A DNA stretch of 64,000 nt, taken from Candidatus Doudnabacteria bacterium. Its GTDB lineage: Bacteria; Patescibacteriota; Doudnabacteria; UBA920. Each line of letters starts with the position of its first letter. Positions within the stretch are counted from its first letter, which is position 1. Where the stretch lies: NCBI GenBank assembly GCA_963837465.1, contig CAWINB010000001.1, positions 629,646 to 693,645 on the forward strand, in the 5' to 3' direction. The position numbers and the translations under genes are program-made. The notes beneath the pieces were generated by a model. It was not told where the DNA came from, ran no database searches, and was given only the letters and a program-made list of their open reading frames with translations. Shown in pieces: positions 57,613 through 64,000 of this stretch.

Positions 57613-58404
57613 TTGTTTGTCCAAATACTGGACAAAAATATAATTAGGGTGTATAATGGTTATATGGATTTAAAACAGGTTTTATCAAACATTGGGTTAG
57701 ATGAAAAAGAAACAGCCACTTATATGGCTGTTTTGGAGTTAGGGACAAGCAGTGTTTATTCTATTGCTAAAAAGGCAGAGTTAAAAAGGCCAACAGTTTA
57801 CAGACTATTAGATCAATTAGGTCAAAAAGGTTTAGTAACTATTGTGCCCAGAGTAAAAAAACAGCTTTACACAGCCAATTCGCCGGAACATATAGTTAGC
57901 GAACTACAGCGCAAAGCTGAGGTGATGAAAAATTACTTGCCACAATTTTTGGCCATTTTTAATTCCAAAAAAGACAAGCCCCAAGTGCAGTTATTTGAGG
58001 GCAAAGAGGCAGTAAGGCAAGTTTATCAAAAATGCATTTCTCTTAATAAAGTTTGGTTTTTTGGCAGCGTCAGCGAAATGTTTGATACGGAAGAATTTAA
58101 GCTGTTTTTAAAAAGGGTTAAGGCTGGTGAGTTAAAAGCCCGTGATTTATTTGTTAGCTCAGAAAAAGACCTAGGGTTCGCGCGATCCCAAAAGCCCCAG
58201 GCTAATTATGAAATAAAATTTTTGCCAGAACAAACAGAAAATCCCATAACAGACTTTGCGGTGTTTGGCGATAACTTAGTTTTTTTCTCTTTTCGTCCTA
58301 CAAAATTTGCTGTATTAATCACCAGCAAAGAAGTCGCTGGCACTTTCCGATTGCTCTATGAATCAGCTTGGAGTGGTGCAAAAAATGTCGGCCATATGAA
58401 ATAA
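57613..58404 (+). CDS. TrmB-family winged-helix transcriptional regulator
   Basis: 263 aa; the probable start is MDLKQVL at 57664. LELGTSSVYSIAKKAELKRPTVYRLLDQLGQKGLV is the TrmB N-terminal wHTH. Confidence 0.6.
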   Translation: MFVQILDKNIIRVYNGYMDLKQVLSNIGLDEKETATYMAVLELGTSSVYSIAKKAELKRPTVYRLLDQLGQKGLVTIVPRVKKQLYTANSPEHIVSELQRKAEVMKNYLPQFLAIFNSKKDKPQVQLFEGKEAVRQVYQKCISLNKVWFFGSVSEMFDTEEFKLFLKRVKAGELKARDLFVSSEKDLGFARSQKPQANYEIKFLPEQTENPITDFAVFGDNLVFFSFRPTKFAVLITSKEVAGTFRLLYESAWSGAKNVGHMK

Positions 58405-58564
58405 AACGACTAGCTTAATGTTATGGAACTAATTGAGAAGGTAGAGCAAACTTAAAGTTTGTTAAAATCGTGACCAATTATCTAACGCATGGGGTAGGGA
58501 TTGCTGGTTTGTTGTCCCCTCCCCTTTTATACCTATATGTTACTAAAACAGATTAGGCATAAAT

Positions 58565-59488
58565 TTAATCTCCTGTATTTCTTAAATGCAAAGGCACTTC
58601 CTGCTCTTTTTTATGTCTTTCTCCGTAAGCCGTTGTTGCTGGTTTTAAATCACCTAAAGCTGTTAGCTCGTGGGCTATATTGCCAGACCAAAGCGCTCCG
58701 CTTATATGAGGCTTGGTGGTCTTGCTATAAGAAGATGCTAAATCACTAACCTGTCTTAGCGTCCTGTTCATCACCGATTTATAAGCTTCTTTTAATTCTT
58801 TGGTTCGGGAAAGTTTGGTAATAAATTTACCAAATTCTTCCGCATTAAAAGGCTGCGCAGAAGCGGTTAACTCTTGGAATTTCAAAATTGATTGGAGCCA
58901 CGGTTTTTTATAAGCCCCCTGCTGGTCTTCGTAAATTAAACCTTTTAGCATTTCATATCCTTGCCTCTCCAACCATGCAATCGCTAAAATCATATTCGGC
59001 TCAATACCAACTTCCTTTTCCTGCATCATTTTTTCCAATTTCCCATTTACAATATCCATAGCAAGCCGCAAGGCTTCGGCTGGCACCAAATTTTCGCCGT
59101 TTGCAACCTCAGCCAAAGCCTTATTAAGTTCAGCGTCTGACGTAGCTGGCGGAGCCTCCTCAACCATCTTTGTATTTTCTTCAAGTCTTTTTAATATATC
59201 AATAACTTTTTCTTGTTTTTGTTCCCCATCCACCAAAGTCTTTACCTCTTTATCATAATTGGCTAAATCGTATATTAGAGCTTGTCTTTCTGCGGGAGCC
59301 AAATAGCCTTCCGTCTTAGGTAACAATGTAGGGAGTTCGCCCTTGTCGTGGGTTTCATTGTATTTAATCATTGCCTGGACAACTTCCCTAACCAATGGCC
59401 TTTGGTCGTGGACAAAATCACGAAAAGCTCCGAATGTGCCAGCCAAAGCCAAAGCATTCTTTTCTATTTTGCTCCAGTTTGGCAACAT
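58565..59488 (-). CDS. Hypothetical protein
   Basis: 307 aa. Overlaps the upstream ORF by 71 bp, so a fusion or frameshift is possible. Confidence 0.35.
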   Translation of the reverse strand: MLPNWSKIEKNALALAGTFGAFRDFVHDQRPLVREVVQAMIKYNETHDKGELPTLLPKTEGYLAPAERQALIYDLANYDKEVKTLVDGEQKQEKVIDILKRLEENTKMVEEAPPATSDAELNKALAEVANGENLVPAEALRLAMDIVNGKLEKMMQEKEVGIEPNMILAIAWLERQGYEMLKGLIYEDQQGAYKKPWLQSILKFQELTASAQPFNAEEFGKFITKLSRTKELKEAYKSVMNRTLRQVSDLASSYSKTTKPHISGALWSGNIAHELTALGDLKPATTAYGERHKKEQEVPLHLRNTGD

Positions 59489-60560
59489 TACTTGTCGGCA
59501 CTTCCCGCAAAGCCATTAAAAGTTCATTTATATTTTTTGGGTTGACGTCGACTGCATATGAATGCACGGTAAAATCTGCAATTCCAAAATCACCTCTTTT
59601 CATACCCCATACATTACTCGGCTTTTGTAATACTTCAACTTGAGGGTCTTGTTTATCTATTGCCGGTAGTAATTTATTTTCAAAACCCACAGTAGATTGT
59701 TCAGTCAGTGGGTGGAGTCTTCCATAACTTCTTATCACACGCAAATATGTTGTTGCTGTTTCTGGATTTTTATCAAAGCAGTCTTTAAAAAGCTGAAAGT
59801 ATATTTGCGCTTGTTCTGGGTTGTGTGAGTCACAGGCTAAATGAAAAAATGAATTCTGAAATTCTTTAACAAAATTTTGATTGTCTGGAGCATTTTTTAA
59901 TTCAGCAGGTAAGTCCTCTAAAAATTGCTTGATTTCTTTATAAGTTGCGAACTGAGCTGCGATTTCTTTTTGGTCTCTTTCGGGCGGCTTGGGACTTCTG
60001 TTCCGACCGCTCATCTCGTTAATAAAAGTATTAAACTCTACAACTTTCCTTCTTTTAGAATCCGCATCTTCCTGACTATCGATAGCGGGTTTCCATTCAT
60101 CAAATAACTGCCTATAAAATTTTAGCTTTTCTATGGAGTCGGAAGTGGCTGTAATAGCCTCAATTCGATATCTTCTGCTATCAAGACGATTTTGATCAGG
60201 CTCAAAGGCGGCTATATCCTTTTCAAAGGACATGGTTTCAGCAACATACGAAGCCATCTCTTGTTCCGGAACATTTGCTTTTACAAAATTTGCAACAATC
60301 AGGTCTTTTGTCCAGCCATAGTTAAACTTTGCGTTCCCCGCCATTTGTTTTTGCTCATCAGTAAGGTTATCAACCGTAACGCCTTCTTGTTCCGCAACGG
60401 CCGTTAAAAAATCATCGTCAGAATAATCAGATATATACTCACTGACTAATTTATGAACTTGCTCGGTTTTGATTCTTTCCTTTTCTTCCCTTTGGATTTC
60501 TTCAGGACTCTTAGGCATTACCACCTCAGGAGAGTTATCTATCGAATCTTCAAACGCCAT
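59418..60560 (-). CDS. Hypothetical acidic protein
   Basis: 380 aa, with no recognisable motif. Confidence 0.35.
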   Translation of the reverse strand: MAFEDSIDNSPEVVMPKSPEEIQREEKERIKTEQVHKLVSEYISDYSDDDFLTAVAEQEGVTVDNLTDEQKQMAGNAKFNYGWTKDLIVANFVKANVPEQEMASYVAETMSFEKDIAAFEPDQNRLDSRRYRIEAITATSDSIEKLKFYRQLFDEWKPAIDSQEDADSKRRKVVEFNTFINEMSGRNRSPKPPERDQKEIAAQFATYKEIKQFLEDLPAELKNAPDNQNFVKEFQNSFFHLACDSHNPEQAQIYFQLFKDCFDKNPETATTYLRVIRSYGRLHPLTEQSTVGFENKLLPAIDKQDPQVEVLQKPSNVWGMKRGDFGIADFTVHSYAVDVNPKNINELLMALREVPTSNVAKLEQNRKECFGFGWHIRSFS

Positions 60561-60789
60561 ATTATTTGCATTAAATAATTTTATAGCTTAATAATAACAA
60601 AAAAACCCCTCAATTACGAGCGGGGCGGTTTGCAGTAGGGAGATTGTAGCCCAAATGTGCGCGGATTGGGCGGGTGGGGCAAGCACATTTTCTTCAATTA
60701 ATTCTCTTGTAATGCACCCCTGTTTTTGAGCCAATCCACAACCCTGCCTTTTTCTGATTTCTGCCTGTTTTTTGTCCCTGTTTCTTGTT

Positions 60790-61174
60790 TTCCACCCCCC
60801 ATTTTCCCCTCTCTGTTTCCTTTGTTTTTTTGGTTTGTTTTAAGTTAGTTTAGTATATTATATTTAGTTAGTATTTAAGTATTTTTTAAGTATAGTATTT
60901 TAGTTATTATTGTTTTTAGTATTATTATCTATTTTGTCGTTCAGTTAGATTATCTGGTGATATATAGTAGTCAGGGATATTTGGAGTAGTGAGAGGTAGT
61001 GGAATTAAGGATTTTAGTGCTTCTGGTGTATGAATGGTGTTCGTACAGACGTTCATACAGTTGGCACCTCAATTTTAAATCAAAAAACAGCCTTGGGCAA
61101 GGAGGTTTAGGGTGGCCAAGGTTAGCTGTTTTTGATAAAATGAGATCGAGAGTCAGGGTAAAGCTTCACCAAGA
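60790..61174. repeat. Right arm of the long inverted repeat (reverse complement of 48053-48531 region)
   Basis: Near-identical to the reverse complement of 48148-48531. It continues as a diverged recombinase 3' fragment. Confidence 0.85.
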
Positions 61175-61445
61175 TTAGACCAAGTTTAGTTTCAGGAATT
61201 TTTTTATGGGCTGCCGCAACGGCAGCCCATTGTGTTTGCGGCACGGAAACGATTTTTTGATTTTGCAGCCAGAGGTTCAACCCGAAAATTTTTTTGGCAG
61301 CAGATTTTTTGGCCTGCAAGTCGAGCGAAAGCGTTATTTCGCCCAATTTTTCTGCGTCTTTGATGAAGTTTTTCATAGGTTCAACCCAAATTTTTCCCTC
61401 ATGTTCCAGACGGCTGATTTGTTCTGTGAGGGTCTTCTTTTCCAA
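61122..61445 (-). pseudogene. Diverged C-terminal fragment (about 107 aa) of a large serine recombinase (copy C)
   Basis: ...WVEPMKNFIKDAEKLGEITLSLDLQAKKSAAKKIFGLNLWLQNQKIVSVPQTQWAAVAAAHKKIPETKLGLILVKLYPDSRSHFIKNS aligns to the last roughly 100 aa of the 45601..47127 recombinase. It carries the same tail as copy B. Confidence 0.7.
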
Positions 61446-61457
61446 AGTCGTTTAGGG

Positions 61458-61575
61458 CTTTTGGTGTATGAATGGTGTTCGTACAGACGTTCATACTGTT
61501 GATACCCCAATTTTAAATCAAAAAACAGCCCTCTGGCAAGGGTGGCCAAGGCTAAGAATTGTTGATAAAATAGGT
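61458..61575. repeat. Third, partial and diverged (about 85% identity) copy of the inner part of the inverted-repeat unit
   Basis: ggtgtatgaatggtgttcgtacagacgttcatactgttgataccccaattttaaatcaaaaaacagcc... compared with 61020-61140. Confidence 0.6.
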
Positions 61576-61825
61576 TTGGATGGAGTTAAACATTTCCACC
61601 AGAATAGAACTTAAAAAATTCAAAAAACTCCCGCATCGTGGGAGTTTTAAGTTGGAAAAATTATTAAGAACCTGTTTGAAAAATAATATGCGGGCGGAAT
61701 TTAAGAATTTTGAGACAAAATATCAAAACAAATTTTGAGGTTTAACCTAAGTTAAGCGGAGAAATTTTTTTGGGATTTTGGCCAAAATTCTTAAATCGCG
61801 GCCCGAAGTATTTTTAAAACAGGTT

Positions 61826-62206
61826 CTAAGATCGAACTATGTGCCGAATGCCGGCTTTATCTTCCAGGCGCTTGACCCGGCGTTCCAGATTTTTAACTTC
61901 AAAGTGGGGCGCCATACTCTCCAGCCTTAGCCGGATATTTTCCTGGCCTTGCTCCAACACGACTTGACCTTGTTCTAATCTTGTAATATCTACTTTGGTA
62001 GCCATCTTTTCCATTACATCTTCAAAACCGTTGGCAACCATTCTGGCTAAAGACTCTCTGTTTTCTTCGGCCTTCTCAAAACCAGCGTCCATTTTGGCAT
62101 CCAGTCGTTTAAAGCCGCTGCCCATTCGCTTGTCCGTTCGTTTAAAACCAGCGTCCATTTTGGCGGCCAAAAGTTCTAAAGTGACTTTTTGTGTTTGCTT
62201 ACTCAT
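61826..62206 (-). CDS. Hypothetical protein with internal degenerate repeats (KRxDKRMGSGFKRLDAKMDAGFEK) and coiled coil
   Basis: 126 aa ORF. Confidence 0.35.
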   Translation of the reverse strand: MSKQTQKVTLELLAAKMDAGFKRTDKRMGSGFKRLDAKMDAGFEKAEENRESLARMVANGFEDVMEKMATKVDITRLEQGQVVLEQGQENIRLRLESMAPHFEVKNLERRVKRLEDKAGIRHIVRS

Positions 62207-62543
62207 AGGTTTTTAGCTTAATTTAATAATAACGAGCTGTCAACTTGAGCTTGTGGATAATTCCTTATAAATAAGACGCATTTTAAGCCTTTGACAAAAA
62301 TCATGCCATATGATATAATTTCAATATCGGTTTGGAATCCCAGCGAAATAAAAATTTGTCAGCCAAAAATATTGTTATCAAATTACAGCTAAAAAAATTT
62401 TTTATTTGTAATTTGCTAATTGCGAGCAAACCTGCAGGCGGCCTGGCTGAACAAGCTACTGCCAAAGGTTATCGAGCGATAGATATCGCCACGGTATATT
62501 AATAATTTTTGCCTACCCGCAAATAGGCAGGACAATTTTTAAC

Positions 62544-64000
62544 ATGTTAAGAAAACCACAGCGGCATTTCAGGCCGGCCCAACAAAACAAGCCGGATAAC
62601 CTTGCCGCGCAACCACAAGTACAAAGCGACCGGTTGGACAACCTGATTGACAAAGCCACTCAGCTTGCGCCTGCCAGCTTAAACACCAGCCGTTACACGG
62701 CCTCGAGGCAAAATCTGCGCATTATCCCCATGGGAGGCGTGGAAGAAGTCGGCGAAAACATGACTGTAATGGAATACGGCGATGATTTAATAGTCATAGA
62801 TATGGGACTGGCTTTCCCCGATGACACCATGCCGGGCATTGACTACATTATTCCCGACACCAAGTGGCTGGAAGAAAACAAGCGCCGCATCCGGGGCGTA
62901 ATTATTACCCACGGCCATTTGGACCACATTGGGGCCATACCTTACATTCTGCCCAAAATCGGCGACCCGCCGGTTTACACCATGGGCCTGACAGCGGCTT
63001 TTATAAAAAAACGCCTGGAAGAATTCGGCCTGTTGGGCCGCTCCAAGATTAACGTTTTGACCAAAGACGACGTTTTGTCTTTGGGCAACTTTAAAATCCG
63101 CTTCTTCCGCCTCAACCACAGCATCCCCGACTCCGTCGGCCTGTGCGTTACCACCCCGGTGGGGCAGGTTATTTACGCCACGGACTGGAAATTTGACCAC
63201 ACTCCGGCGGACGGCAAACCCACGGAATTCGACAAAATCGCCAAGTTCGGCGCCGAAGGCGTGACTTTGCTGATGTCGGACTCCACCAACGCCACCAAGC
63301 CGGGCTACTGCGCTTCCGAACGCGAAATCGGCAACACCATAGACCGCACCTTCAGCGACCTTAAAGGCCGGATTATTTTTGCCAACTTTTCCACCAACAT
63401 TTCGCGCATCCAGCAGGTGTTTGATTCCTCGGCCAAATACAACAGGAAAGTAATAGTTACCGGGCGTTCCCTGGTCAACAACATTGAAATCGCTCTGTCT
63501 TTGGGCTACTTAAAAATCCAGCCCAAAATAATCATCAAGTCCGAGCAGGCCAAAAAATTCCCGGATAACCAAATTCTAATCCTGACCACCGGCGCCCAGG
63601 GCGAAGAAGCGGCCGGGCTGGCCCGCATCGCGCGCGGCGACCACAAGACCGTCAAAATTAAAAAAGGCGACACGACCATAGTTTCCGCCTCGCCTATTCC
63701 GGGAAACGAACGCGCCATTTCGGCCATGCTTTCCAATTTGACGCGTTTGGGCAGCCATGTTATTTACAATAAAACTCTTGACATCCATACTTCCGGCCAC
63801 GCCCACCAGGAAGAACTCAAGCTGATGATGGCTTTGGTCAAGCCCAAGTTCTTTATGCCTATCCACGGCGAACACCACATGATTGTGGCCCACGCCGAAC
63901 TGGCCAAAACCATGGGCATTCCGGACAGCAATATTTTTGCCCTGGACAACGGGCAAATCCTGGAAATTAATTCCGCCAAGGAAGCGCGCGCCACGCAGGA
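62544..64000 (+). CDS. rnj: Ribonuclease J (metallo-beta-lactamase / beta-CASP), partial with its 3' end off the window
   Basis: From the ATG at 62544: ...LRIIPMGGVEEVGENMTVMEYGDDLIVIDMG..., ITHGHLDHIGAIPY (the HxHxDH zinc motif), and ...HTSGHAHQEELKLM. It runs to the window end without a stop and is therefore absent from the ORF track. Confidence 0.8.
   Translation, partial: MLRKPQRHFRPAQQNKPDNLAAQPQVQSDRLDNLIDKATQLAPASLNTSRYTASRQNLRIIPMGGVEEVGENMTVMEYGDDLIVIDMGLAFPDDTMPGIDYIIPDTKWLEENKRRIRGVIITHGHLDHIGAIPYILPKIGDPPVYTMGLTAAFIKKRLEEFGLLGRSKINVLTKDDVLSLGNFKIRFFRLNHSIPDSVGLCVTTPVGQVIYATDWKFDHTPADGKPTEFDKIAKFGAEGVTLLMSDSTNATKPGYCASEREIGNTIDRTFSDLKGRIIFANFSTNISRIQQVFDSSAKYNRKVIVTGRSLVNNIEIALSLGYLKIQPKIIIKSEQAKKFPDNQILILTTGAQGEEAAGLARIARGDHKTVKIKKGDTTIVSASPIPGNERAISAMLSNLTRLGSHVIYNKTLDIHTSGHAHQEELKLMMALVKPKFFMPIHGEHHMIVAHAELAKTMGIPDSNIFALDNGQILEINSAKEARATQ

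Noticed and set aside
62787-63956. Minus-strand ORFs 62787..63200 and 63576..63956
   Set aside because: They are antisense to the strongly conserved RNase J coding sequence (HGHLDH and other motifs on the plus strand). Compositional artefacts.

Overview
This 64 kb window is a gene-dense bacterial region, compositionally and architecturally reminiscent of a small-genome (possibly CPR/Patescibacteria-like) organism; that assignment is inference only. It reads as three blocks.

(1) Positions 1-16.9 kb: a type IV pilus operon on the minus strand in the order pilM-pilN-pilO-small ORF-pilB-receiver domain gene-pilT-pilC. Its intergenic spacers are filled with heptamer/palindromic repeats. This is followed by tRNA-Ile(GAT), a GIY-YIG pseudogene, tRNA-Ala(TGC), three large multipass membrane proteins including an HTTM-DCC fusion, and the purine genes guaA and guaB.

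(2) Positions 16.9-43.2 kb: a 23.4 kb segment bracketed by two identical 1440 bp IS copies in inverted orientation. Inside are two IS200/RAYT-type Y1 transposase elements with flanking hairpins, purA, a 1110 aa PA14-domain surface protein, a CAP-domain protein, and a comG-like (PilB/PilC plus four prepilins) pseudopilus operon that includes an LVIVD beta-propeller pilin. It also holds an MNT/HepT toxin-antitoxin pair, a multiply frameshifted uvrA, and an intact uvrC.

(3) Positions 43.2-64 kb: secG, a frameshifted family-5 substrate-binding protein gene, and tRNA-Leu(CAG) whose 3' end is overlapped by a large serine recombinase gene. Downstream lie duplicated recombinase 3' fragments and a roughly 13 kb block (48.2-61.2 kb) bounded by about 370-480 bp near-identical inverted repeats. 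That block carries a complete diversity-generating retroelement (reverse transcriptase, Avd-like protein, 130 bp TR/VR pair with adenine-specific mismatches, and a 219 aa target). It also carries a membrane-anchored FtsK/HerA/coupling-protein-like ATPase and a putative replication-relaxation protein. The window ends in a partial RNase J gene.

All calls come from reading the sequence and the supplied translations. No database searches were run.
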